DNA of 32,000 nucleotides from positions 1 through 32,000 of the forward strand of contig CAVQBJ010000008.1 in assembly GCA_963710725.1 (NCBI GenBank), written 5' to 3'. Source of the DNA: an uncultured Solirubrobacterales bacterium. GTDB lineage: Bacteria; Actinomycetota; Thermoleophilia; Solirubrobacterales; Solirubrobacteraceae. Below, one piece after another: positions 1 through 8,013 of this stretch; the first letter of the stretch is position 1; each line of letters starts with the position of its first letter. The notes beneath the pieces are model-generated. The model was not told the DNA's origin and did not search any database. It worked only from the letters and a program-made list of their open reading frames with translations. Position numbers and translations under genes: made by a program.

Positions 1-172
1 TTCGCCCTAACGCCGCCGCAGCACGCTCGCGGACGAGCTCGGCGCGGATAACGTGCCTGTCGCCAACGAGAAGCAGGACTGCCGCGGCTCGTTGCCGGGC
101 GCAGGCTGCGGCCTTCTCGAGGTAGACCCTCTGCGATGCGAGTGTCTGAGAGGGTGGCGACGAGAGCCTCAT
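1..172 (-). CDS. hypothetical protein, first 57 codons only (runs off left edge)
   Basis: ATG at 172-170 on the minus strand; the frame stays open to base 1. The translation MRLSSPPSQTLASQRVYLEKAAACARQRAAAVLLLVGDRHVIRAELV... looks protein-like, unlike the Arg/Ala-rich alternative frames. No family recognised and the SD is weak. Confidence 0.25.
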   Translation of the reverse strand, partial: MRLSSPPSQTLASQRVYLEKAAACARQRAAAVLLLVGDRHVIRAELVRERAAAALGR

Positions 173-209
173 GGCCCCGCACCACGGCTCGGGATCGCCG
201 CGTGCTTGT

Positions 210-1031
210 CTAGTTCAGTTCGCCGGCGGGGCCGGGCGCCGCGCTCTCACGCATCAGCAAGATGACGCTGCTCACCAGAACAAAGACCAGGAGGAGCAAG
301 AACCCGATGAGGTCGAGCACCAGCCCGAACGAGGCGATGACGCCGCCGAGGCCGAAGCCCTGCAGGAAGAGCATGCTTCCGGCGAGGATCGACACCCAGC
401 CGAGCCATCGCGGCAAGACCCCGCTCCTCAGCACAAGCGCGCCGGTTGCGAAAGCAAACAGACTGCCGAAGACATCGCCAACGCTCTCCAGCGCGAACGT
501 CGTCAGATACAGCGTGTAAGACACGCCCGGGTCGTGATGAGCACCGTATGAGGCGAGCTTTGCTCCAACCAATCCAGTGATACCGATGTCGCTGACGGCG
601 TGCAAGGTAACGAAGAGCACCCCGCCAACCAGCACCAACGAACCAAGGGCCCGCGTGCGATCGCTGTCCCCGCGCAGCAGGTCGTGCAGCGTGCTCAGGT
701 AGATCACGAACATGACCGCATAAACGATGGACAGGCATGCGATCACGATCAGCCGGGTTTCGTGGGCGCGAAGACCGTTCGCGATCTTTGCCGCCGAGTC
801 GTTCTGGCTCAGTTCGACCCCAACGGCGACGACGATCTCGGCCACCAGCGCAACTACGAAAAGGATCCCGGCGACCCAGGCGTACCGCTCCCATGCCGTC
901 CTCCCACCCGCGCCATCTCCCACGCTGGTGAGGCTACAGGCGATGTCCCCGTACCTCACACTGCCCGAACCACTAGGCGCGGGATCCTCTTCGCCTCCGT
1001 CGCGTCGACTCCTAGCCTGCGTCGAGCTCAA
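210..1031 (-). CDS. multi-pass integral membrane protein, DUF4386-like
   Basis: 273-aa ORF with about 6 hydrophobic segments (AGILFVVALVAEIVVAVGV, LIVIACLSIVYAVMFVIYL, LVLVGGVLFVTLHAV, ...). This layout recalls DUF4386 proteins. The track start at 1031 is a TTG; in-frame GTGs downstream are alternative starts, so the 5' end is uncertain. T/A-ending codons are visibly more frequent than in the core genes. Confidence 0.6.
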   Translation of the reverse strand: MSSTQARSRRDGGEEDPAPSGSGSVRYGDIACSLTSVGDGAGGRTAWERYAWVAGILFVVALVAEIVVAVGVELSQNDSAAKIANGLRAHETRLIVIACLSIVYAVMFVIYLSTLHDLLRGDSDRTRALGSLVLVGGVLFVTLHAVSDIGITGLVGAKLASYGAHHDPGVSYTLYLTTFALESVGDVFGSLFAFATGALVLRSGVLPRWLGWVSILAGSMLFLQGFGLGGVIASFGLVLDLIGFLLLLVFVLVSSVILLMRESAAPGPAGELN

Positions 1032-1190
1032 GACCGAGAGCGATGGCCGTACTCAAGGGGTTGGACGCTCCGCCGCCCACCTCGGCGCATTGCTCCATCC
1101 GCGACGGCGCAGTCATGCTTTCTTCGGTCGCCGGGCGACGCTTTCTTCGCGGCAACCGAGCGACGGCCCTCGTGCAGCTGCGCAGAAACC

Positions 1191-1340
1191 CCATGGGCCG
1201 GGCAGGACTCGAACCTGCGCGCGACGGATTATGAGTTGCCCACATACAGGGCCTAATGGCTCTAACGAGCCGTTCTAGGTGCGCTGAACTGTCCTTGGAT
1301 CACGTCAGAATTGCGGAGGTTGGGACAAAGTTCGGGATAA
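1191..1340 (-). repeat. tRNA-Met 3'-end copy A (att-like core 1194-1236) plus about 100-nt conserved arm
   Basis: 1194-1236 matches the 3'-terminal 43 nt of the tRNA-Met gene (9403-9445) at all but one base. 1237-1340 is similar to 3212-3318, including the exact 27-mer TCAGAATTGCGGAGGTTGGGACAAAGT at 1305-1331. Confidence 0.85.
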
Positions 1341-1455
1341 GGTTCGAGTCACGGGTCCCGTCACGGACCGGACGCGAGGCCCGCGCTCGCGACCACAATC
1401 TCGATTTCGCCGGCGCGGTTCTCATCGGTCCGAGGACGGCCGTACTGTCGATGGT

Positions 1456-1806
1456 GTGACCGACGCGCCCCGCCTGCCGCGGGCTGACCTGGCGGCGATA
1501 CCGACCGAGAAACTCGTGGGCTATGCGCTTGACCCCAGCCACCCGCGAGGTCGTCACAAGGCGCGAGTGTTCTCGGCGGCACTGGCGATCCATCGGGCCG
1601 ACTGGCGCTACCTGCACGAACAGCTGACGAGAGGCGTGGTCGATGCACCCGTGCGAGGAACGCGCATCACGTCGTTCGGCGTGCTTTACGACGTCGTCGT
1701 GCTCGTTGACGGGCTCAACGGCGCCACGGCGCCGGTCGCGACCATATGGCTCGTCGAGGCTGAGCATCCGCCGCGACTCGTCTCGCTTTGGGTGGATATC
1801 CCCTGA
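1456..1806 (+). CDS. DUF6883 domain protein
   Basis: 116 aa with a GTG start. The N-terminal signature KLVGYALDPSHPRGRHKARVFSAALAI matches my recollection of the DUF6883 consensus (KL..YLL...H..G..KA..F). The stop lies 4 nt before the next ORF. Confidence 0.65.
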   Translation: MTDAPRLPRADLAAIPTEKLVGYALDPSHPRGRHKARVFSAALAIHRADWRYLHEQLTRGVVDAPVRGTRITSFGVLYDVVVLVDGLNGATAPVATIWLVEAEHPPRLVSLWVDIP

Positions 1807-1810
1807 ACGA

Positions 1811-2047
1811 ATGGCAGAATGCACCGTGATGCCGACCGATGACACGCATCCCATTCTGGACGTTGTCGAGCTCCTGACTGCGTCGGGCCGCTGGCCTGCT
1901 GGAACGGTCGGAACGGTCGTCGAGGCTGACGGCGAACGCGTCCTGGTCGAAATCGCCGACGATCGCGGTCACGGCCTCGACTTCATCAGCCTGCCGCGTG
2001 ACGCCGTCGCCGCGCAGCAGTCCGGCGAATCGCGCGCGGCCTCGTAG
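1811..2047 (+). CDS. DUF4926 domain protein
   Basis: 78 aa from ATG 1811 (alternative ATG 1829). A small beta-rich protein, ILDVVELLTASGRWPAGTVGTVVEADGERVLVEIADDRGHGLDFISLPRDAV, typical of DUF4926. It is tightly coupled to the DUF6883 gene. Confidence 0.6.
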   Translation: MAECTVMPTDDTHPILDVVELLTASGRWPAGTVGTVVEADGERVLVEIADDRGHGLDFISLPRDAVAAQQSGESRAAS

Positions 2048-2188
2048 AAGAGAAGCGCCTCGCCGCCCCCGCCCCAGGGCGGAATACGAACGGGCAGTGG
2101 CGATGAGCGAGAGCGTGGCAGCCTCCGGGAGGAGACCTCCTGTGCTGTCGACTGCCGAATTCTCGATCCATCGCAAAGCCGAGGAGGA

Positions 2189-3133
2189 GTGTTCACATCT
2201 TCCGGCGGCCGGGGCGCCCACGATCCGTCAATGCCAGACGCGAAGCACCGCGGTCTCTCAGAGCTGGCGACGCGTATCCACGAGATCACCGCGCCTATCG
2301 TGGAGCAGGATGGCGAGTGCCCCGCGATGCTCTTCCTTCGACAGCCGGACGGCGAGGTCCAACTGCACGAATTCGAGGCGACTCGCGATCCACCCAGCGA
2401 AGCGCGTGAGCGCGAGATAGCCGACGCGGTCAGCGCCTCGGCGGCCGACGCCGTCGTCCTCGTTTCGGAGGCTTGGGCGGCGCGGCCCGACAGGGTGCCC
2501 GAAGGCGGCCGGGCACGTGACGCGCATGATGCCGAGGACGTCCTGCTTGTTGCAGCGCTCGATCGCTGGGGAAATCAGGTCGTGCTCGAGAGCCTGGTGG
2601 CCAAAACAGCTGACGGCGCGGTCCGGGTCGTCCCCCGCGTGGCATTCGGCGAGGAGTACGTCGTCCACACGTTCTATGCCGTCCGCTCCGCGTGGGGCTT
2701 GCCGACGAGGATCATGCTTCGGGGCGTCCTCTCCGTGGAAATCCCCGCCGACTGGACGACGATCGACGAGCCGCAAGCCGTGGGTGTCGAGCCGCCCAGC
2801 CGGGTGGGCGCCGCGCAGTTCTCGGTCTACCGACGTGACGCACACGCGGCACGCCCGGGGAAGGCGTCAGATCACGTGCGCCAGCTCGCCGCAGCCCACG
2901 GTCTGACGCCTCAGGAGTTGATCGAGCATCCGACCGAGGATGGATATGTGTCGACCGCTCAGTTCGCCGACGGCGTCCGCGGCTTGCCGGCCCTAACGAT
3001 CGCCGGTGTCCGACTCTCCCCGACTCATCTCATCCTGTTCACGTACACCGAGGCTGAGGTAGACGGAGACTGCCGGTCTCAGGCACGGCGCATCTTTGAC
3101 AGCGTCGCGGTTGTCGACGCGGGACGGGGCTGA
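2189..3133 (+). CDS. hypothetical protein (orphan, apparently two domains)
   Basis: 314-aa ORF with coding-like composition. GTG 2189 sits directly behind GAGGAGGA, which is probably too close a spacing; the alternative start is ATG 2231. No family recognised. Confidence 0.55.
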   Translation: MFTSSGGRGAHDPSMPDAKHRGLSELATRIHEITAPIVEQDGECPAMLFLRQPDGEVQLHEFEATRDPPSEAREREIADAVSASAADAVVLVSEAWAARPDRVPEGGRARDAHDAEDVLLVAALDRWGNQVVLESLVAKTADGAVRVVPRVAFGEEYVVHTFYAVRSAWGLPTRIMLRGVLSVEIPADWTTIDEPQAVGVEPPSRVGAAQFSVYRRDAHAARPGKASDHVRQLAAAHGLTPQELIEHPTEDGYVSTAQFADGVRGLPALTIAGVRLSPTHLILFTYTEAEVDGDCRSQARRIFDSVAVVDAGRG

Positions 3134-3165
3134 AACGCTTCGGCCCTGCAGCCGCAGCTCCTGCG

Positions 3166-3318
3166 CCATGGGCCGGGCAGGACTCGAACCTGCGCGCGAC
3201 GGATTATGAGTTGCCCAAATGCAGGGCCTTTCGGCTCTACCAAGCCATCTTACACGCGCCCAACTGCGCTCAACTGACCTCAGAATTGCGGAGGTTGGGA
3301 CAAAGTCTGGGACAAAAC
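3166..3318 (-). repeat. tRNA-Met 3'-end copy B (att-like core 3169-3211) plus about 100-nt conserved arm
   Basis: 3169-3211 is identical to copy A and differs from the tRNA gene at one base. The arm 3212-3318 is similar to 1237-1340, with the exact 27-mer at 3280-3306. Confidence 0.85.
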
Positions 3319-3474
3319 TGATCTGAGACGGCTCGACGCCGGCGGGGTCCGCTCTTCGCACTCGCCACGTTCGCCGACCCACTCGCGCGCCCCACGCCGA
3401 GCTGGAGGATGCAAGGGATCGTTCCCTCCGGTCCGCGCGGCGGTCTACCGGATGCGCGCTACTGAGGGGCGATT

Positions 3475-3495
3475 GCGTAGTCGGCTACGCAGGAC
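3475..3495 (+). promoter_or_regulatory. candidate operator box 1: GCGTAG-TCGG-CTACGC followed by AGGAC
   Basis: Inverted repeat with 6-bp arms and a 4-nt spacer, 67 nt upstream of ATG 3563. 17 of 20 positions are identical to the box at 8015-8034. An extra CTACG half-site lies at 3518-3522. Confidence 0.4.
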
Positions 3496-3562
3496 GAGGA
3501 GGCGGCCGGGCGCGAGGCTACGGCGTGTCGATCAGACGCACGTCAACCGGAAGGAGACCCTC

Positions 3563-4171
3563 ATGTCATCTAACCAGAGTAAGAATGCCGAGTCGAGCAC
3601 GGGTGGTAAGGGCATCTTCATCGCGCTGATCCCGTGGATCGCCTTCACGGTGCTCGTTTCGCATTCGACGCTGAAGCTCGGTTCGCTGGCTGCGCTTGCA
3701 GTCGCGATCGTGATCGCGGTGCCGGGGATTCGCTCCGGGCGTCCGAAGCTGCTGGAGCTCGGTGCGGTCGTGACGTTCATCGGGTTCGTCGCAGTGGCGT
3801 TCCTCGCGGACGCTTCGACGGCCAGTTGGGTCGCTCGGTACGCGCGCGGGATCGCGGCGCTGATCCTGTCGGCGATCTCGTTCGCGTCGTTGCTCTTCAC
3901 GCCGTTTACCGAGCAGTACGCGCGCGAGCACGTCCCCGAGCGGTATTGGGGATCGCCGACCTTCAAGGCGGTCAACCGCAAGCTGACCACGATGTGGGCG
4001 TGCATTTTCGCCGCGATGGTGCCGTTCCACGTGATCGCGGGCACGCTCGACACCAGGCTCGGAAACCTGATCTTCAACTGGGCAATCCCGCTCGGGCTGG
4101 TGTTCTGGGGCATCAAGCGGTCCTCCGCCCCCAGCGAGAGCGACACGGCCACGGTCCAGCCGGTGGCGTAG
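3563..4171 (+). CDS. integral membrane protein (about 5-6 TM), unknown function
   Basis: ATG 3563 is preceded by the strong SD GGAAGGAG. The 202-aa product is hydrophobic (IFIALIPWIAFTVLVS, LAALAVAIVIAV, VVTFIGFVAVAFLA, IAALILSAISFASLLF, MWACIFAAMVPFHVIAG, FNWAIPLGLVFWGI). The upstream part of the track ORF (3452-3562) is Arg-rich leader, not coding. Confidence 0.75.
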   Translation: MSSNQSKNAESSTGGKGIFIALIPWIAFTVLVSHSTLKLGSLAALAVAIVIAVPGIRSGRPKLLELGAVVTFIGFVAVAFLADASTASWVARYARGIAALILSAISFASLLFTPFTEQYAREHVPERYWGSPTFKAVNRKLTTMWACIFAAMVPFHVIAGTLDTRLGNLIFNWAIPLGLVFWGIKRSSAPSESDTATVQPVA

Positions 4172-4197
4172 TGGACGACGTGGCTGTCCGATCGGTT

Positions 4198-5307
4198 ATG
4201 GATTCGGCGAGCGGCCGGTGCGAGCACGAGTTGCGAGCACTGGTCGCCGCCGCGCGTTGGGGGGCCGCTGACCCCGAAGTCATGAATACGATCGCCGCTC
4301 GCCTGGTGGGCGGCGATGGCGGCGCGTGGGTGCAGGAGTGGACGGCGGGAGGCGGCGCAGCCTGGTCGGCGGCCAACCGCGAGGGGAGCCCATGGCTCTA
4401 TCTGCATGCCGCCTCGTACTACGCGGCCGCGCTCGCTGTGATCGACCAGAGCGACGGACTGGTCCAGGAGGAACGGCTGTGGGGGCGACAGCGCGAGTGT
4501 TGGGACCGCGCCGTCGGACTGGTCGGCGGCGAGCCGCTCGTGATCCCGTACGGGCAGACGTCGCTGCCGGGGTATTTCTTCTCCGCGGGCTCGGGCGTGA
4601 GGCCGTTGGTGGTCATCGATCACGGGGGCCGCGCGGCCACGTCTTCGGCCTGGGCGGCCGGCGGCGCCGCGGCTCATGCGCGCGGCTATCACTGGATGAC
4701 GTTCGACGGGCCGGGCCGACAGGCAGCACTGCGCCGCCAGGGACTGGTCCTGCGACCCGATTGGGAAGCGGTGCTCGCTCCGGTCGTCGATGCGATGATC
4801 GCCCGGGCGGATGTCGACGCCTCGCGACTCGCGGTCATCGGGATCGACCATGCCGGATACGGCGTCGCGCGGGCGCTGACGTTCGAGCCGCGCTTCGCCG
4901 CGGCCGTGCTGGCGCCGGGAATCATCGATGCGTCCCGTCCGTGGCTGGCCGCGCTTCCAGCGCCGGCCCGTGCGGCACTGCTGGACGAGGACCGCGACCG
5001 GTTTGATCGCGAGGTCCATCTGGCGACGCTGTTCGCGCCGGAGATCCCTGACCGCCTGCGATTCCTGGGGCGCGGGTACGACTTGTCGGGGCTTCCGCTG
5101 TACGACCTCGCGCGGCGGATCGGCGAGTTCCGGCTCGGCGAGGAGCTCTGGCGGATCGCTGCGCCGGTGCTGGTGTGCTCGACGGCGGTCGAGCCGCTTT
5201 GGGCCGTCCAGGCCGCGGAGCTGTGCTCGCGACTGCCGGGCTCCGATCTGGCCTGCGCCGCGCCGGGCGAAGACGCCGTCTCGGACTGGCTCGACCGGCT
5301 GATCTAA
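4198..5307 (+). CDS. alpha/beta-hydrolase-fold paralog lacking the Ser-Asp-His triad (probable pseudoenzyme)
   Basis: Colinear with the 8125-9336 protein (shared blocks RGYHWMTFDGPG.QAAL, DWEAVL.PV.DA, RFAAAV, DRD.FDRE). The nucleophile elbow reads GIDHAG instead of GVSQAG, and the acid and His regions are not conserved. ATG 4198 aligns best with the paralog N-terminus. In-frame GTG 4171 would overlap the upstream stop (TAGTG). Confidence 0.75.
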   Translation: MDSASGRCEHELRALVAAARWGAADPEVMNTIAARLVGGDGGAWVQEWTAGGGAAWSAANREGSPWLYLHAASYYAAALAVIDQSDGLVQEERLWGRQRECWDRAVGLVGGEPLVIPYGQTSLPGYFFSAGSGVRPLVVIDHGGRAATSSAWAAGGAAAHARGYHWMTFDGPGRQAALRRQGLVLRPDWEAVLAPVVDAMIARADVDASRLAVIGIDHAGYGVARALTFEPRFAAAVLAPGIIDASRPWLAALPAPARAALLDEDRDRFDREVHLATLFAPEIPDRLRFLGRGYDLSGLPLYDLARRIGEFRLGEELWRIAAPVLVCSTAVEPLWAVQAAELCSRLPGSDLACAAPGEDAVSDWLDRLI

Positions 5308-5361
5308 TCCCGACTACCTCAGGTTCGTGAGAGCGCTCTTGTCGAGGGCGTAACCTTCGCG

Positions 5362-7974
5362 GTGGCCATGCCTGGGGAGCTGGGGCTCTCGTCCCCTTTA
5401 GAAGGCACGTGGCCCCTCGTGGGCCGCGATCGCGAACTCGAAGCGATCGCGTCGGCGCGCGCCAGCCCGGGGTGCAATGGGGTAGTCCTTGTTGCTGACG
5501 CCGGGGTCGGCAAGTCGCGTCTGGCCAGGGAGGCACAGGACGCGGCGCACCGCGACGGTGCGTTCGTCGATTGGGTGCACGCGACGCGCAGCGCCTCGGC
5601 CGTCCCGCTCGCGGCCGTAGCCGATCTGGTGCCCGAGGAGGTCCGCTCCGACGACATCGTCGCGCTGATGAGACGCTGCGGTGAGCAGCTGCTAGCCCGG
5701 GCCGGGAGCCGTCGGGTGGTCATCGGCGTCGACGATGCGCAGTTGCTTGACCCGGTCTCGGCCGCGCTGGTCCTGCATCTCGCGACCTCGGGAGCGGCGT
5801 TCGTGCTCGCGACCGTGCGCGCCGGGGAGCCGTGCCCCGACGCGATCGTGTCGTTGTGGAAGGAGGACACCGCGCGGCGAATGGAGCTCGCCTACCTCGG
5901 CGACGACGCGGTCCGGTCCCTGGTCGAGGCCGCGCTTGGTGACCCGGTGGAGGAGGCCGCCCTGGACTGGGTGGCCGAGGTCAGCCGGGGAAACGTGCTG
6001 TACGTGCGCGAGCTCGTCCGCGGCGCGGTCGAGGCGGAAGCGCTCGTCCGGTCAGGCGGGTTCTGGCGACTCGAGGGCCGCCCCACCGTCAGTCCATCGC
6101 TGGTCGATCTGGTCGGCCAGCGGATGGACGGTCTCACGGGCGATCAGCGACACGCGGTCGAGCTGCTCGCGCTCGGTGAGCCGCTCGCACTGCAGGAGAT
6201 CGCTGCGTTGACGTCCGAGGACACGCTGCTCGAGGCCGAGTCTCACGGGGTGATTGCCACAGACGGCCAGGAGGTCAGGCTGGCGCACCCGCTGTACGGC
6301 GAGGTGGTGCGCGCGCGGCTGGCGCCACTGCGGGCGCGCAGCCTGTGCATGCGGGTCGTAGAGGTCCTCGAGCGTCGGGATGCATTCGGCGCCGACGACG
6401 CCATGAGGGTGGCTCGGCTTCGTCTGGATGCCGGTGTGGCTCTGTCGGCGGACCTCGCGCTGCAAGGAGCACGAGCGGCAAACCGTGCCGGCGATCCCGA
6501 TCTCGGCGCGGAGCTCGCCACGCTCGCGGGCGCGGACACCGACCTGGTCGCCGCGATGCTCCTGGCCCAGTCGCACGCGATGCGCAGCCGTTACGAGGAG
6601 TCAGAGGCGGCGCTGGCCGCCGTTGAGGCGCTGGCCCCGGGAGATCCAAACGCCCGCGACTATGTCCGCCAGCGGCTGTCGCTGTACCACTGGGGGCTGC
6701 GGCGCGCGCGCGACACCGGCGCGCTGCTCGATCGCGCCGAGAGCTGGTCGCAGGACCGCGGTTGGCAGCGGTTCACCGGCCGGATCCGCGTCACCTACGA
6801 TGCGCTGAGCGACGGGTTCGAGTCACCGCTGGACCCCAGCGACAGCGTCGGCGACCCCGGCGTCACGGATGAAGCGCGCCGCGGGCTGGCGGCGATGCAG
6901 ACGGTGTCGTCGTTCCTGTCCGGGCAGGGCGACGCGGCAGCGGCGATGGCATTCGCGGCGCGGCCATCGGTGCCGCTGCGCGACTTCGCCGACGCCGGAG
7001 CGCTGGCCGCCCTGAGCCTGATCGCACTGGAGACGGGCCAGCGCTGGGATGAGGTCGAGCAGTACATGAGCGCCGTCGTGCACGACGCCGTGCGAGCCCA
7101 CGACCACGCCGCCGGCGGACTGGCGGCCTTTACGCTCGCGCGCCTGCACTTCCTCCGGGCGCGGTACCGCGACGCGTCCCGTTGGCTTGCCGAAGCCGAG
7201 ATCCACCTCCAGCAGCAGGATCCCTTCAACGTGATGCTGTCCGTCCGTGCGCTCCACGTGGGGATCGCGTGCTTCACCGGCGAGTTTGACGGCACGATGA
7301 CCGCGGTGGAGCGGCTGCGCGCGTTTTGCCAGAAGCACGAGCCGCTGCCCGTCCAACGCGCACCGCTGCGCCGGGCAGAAGGCTGGGCATCACGGGTACG
7401 CGACGCCGTCAGCGCGGGTGATCAACTGCTCGTCGACGCGGCGTCGATGGAGGATGACATGGTGGGTTTGGCGGCCCAGCTGGCGTACGACGCGCTGCGA
7501 GTCGGAGCGCCGGCGGCGCCGCAGCTTGAGCGGATGGCCGCCCGCTGCCGGTCCCGCCTCGTGACGGCGTATGCGCAGCACGGCACTGCGAAGGCAGCGC
7601 GTGACGGCGCTGCGCTGATGCAGGCCGCAGAGGAGATGGCGGCGATCGGCGCGCTCCGCTACGCCGTCGAGGCCGCGGGCGACGCCGCCGCGGCGTTGCT
7701 CTCGCAGGGACGCCAGGACTCGGCCCGCCGCGCCGCCGCTCGTGCCCGTCAGCTCCACGTTCCCGACCAGGGCGCGGAGCTGCCGCCGATCGACGGTCTC
7801 GACGCCGCCGCGGTCGACCTCACGCGGCGCGAGGCGCAGCTCGTTGACCTCGCGCGCGAGGGGTTGAGCAACGCCGAGATCGCGGACCGTCTCGTGCTCT
7901 CGGTGCGGACCGTCGAGACGCACCTGTACCGCGGCATGCAGAAGCTCGGCATCAACGATCGTCGGGACCTCTGA
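5362..7974 (+). CDS. LAL-type transcriptional regulator (N-terminal AAA+/STAND ATPase, helical repeat middle, C-terminal LuxR HTH)
   Basis: 870 aa. Walker A is VADAGVGKSRLA and Walker B is VVIGVDDAQLLD. The C-terminus LTRREAQLVDLAREGLSNAEIADRLVLSVRTVETHLYRGMQKLGI is a classic LuxR/GerE HTH. The start is GTG 5362 or ATG 5368. Confidence 0.9.
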   Translation: MAMPGELGLSSPLEGTWPLVGRDRELEAIASARASPGCNGVVLVADAGVGKSRLAREAQDAAHRDGAFVDWVHATRSASAVPLAAVADLVPEEVRSDDIVALMRRCGEQLLARAGSRRVVIGVDDAQLLDPVSAALVLHLATSGAAFVLATVRAGEPCPDAIVSLWKEDTARRMELAYLGDDAVRSLVEAALGDPVEEAALDWVAEVSRGNVLYVRELVRGAVEAEALVRSGGFWRLEGRPTVSPSLVDLVGQRMDGLTGDQRHAVELLALGEPLALQEIAALTSEDTLLEAESHGVIATDGQEVRLAHPLYGEVVRARLAPLRARSLCMRVVEVLERRDAFGADDAMRVARLRLDAGVALSADLALQGARAANRAGDPDLGAELATLAGADTDLVAAMLLAQSHAMRSRYEESEAALAAVEALAPGDPNARDYVRQRLSLYHWGLRRARDTGALLDRAESWSQDRGWQRFTGRIRVTYDALSDGFESPLDPSDSVGDPGVTDEARRGLAAMQTVSSFLSGQGDAAAAMAFAARPSVPLRDFADAGALAALSLIALETGQRWDEVEQYMSAVVHDAVRAHDHAAGGLAAFTLARLHFLRARYRDASRWLAEAEIHLQQQDPFNVMLSVRALHVGIACFTGEFDGTMTAVERLRAFCQKHEPLPVQRAPLRRAEGWASRVRDAVSAGDQLLVDAASMEDDMVGLAAQLAYDALRVGAPAAPQLERMAARCRSRLVTAYAQHGTAKAARDGAALMQAAEEMAAIGALRYAVEAAGDAAAALLSQGRQDSARRAAARARQLHVPDQGAELPPIDGLDAAAVDLTRREAQLVDLAREGLSNAEIADRLVLSVRTVETHLYRGMQKLGINDRRDL

Positions 7975-8013
7975 GCCGGAGCTCGTCTCACGGCGCGAAA
8001 ACCACCCTCGAAT

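Noticed and set aside
1237-1275. Possible complete degenerate tRNA pseudogene in the att copies (hairpin GGCTCGTTAGAGCC resembles a D-arm)
   Set aside because: The anticodon stem cannot pair. About 16 extra nt separate the D-arm-like hairpin from the anticodon loop, and no acceptor 5' strand is present. Only the 43-nt 3' segment is clearly tRNA-derived.
3532-5019. 495-aa minus-strand ORF, and the 5' 188 codons of the 557-aa plus ORF (3634-4197), overlapping the membrane-protein and hydrolase genes
   Set aside because: The translations are Arg/Pro/Gly-rich and low-complexity, typical of shadow frames in about 70% GC DNA. The competing frames give a well-formed TM protein with a strong SD and a hydrolase paralog.
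5362-7974. LAL protein as an Avs/STAND-type antiphage sensor
   Set aside because: The C-terminus is a canonical LuxR/GerE DNA-binding HTH and no nuclease or other effector domain is present. With candidate operators flanking it, a transcription-factor role explains it better.
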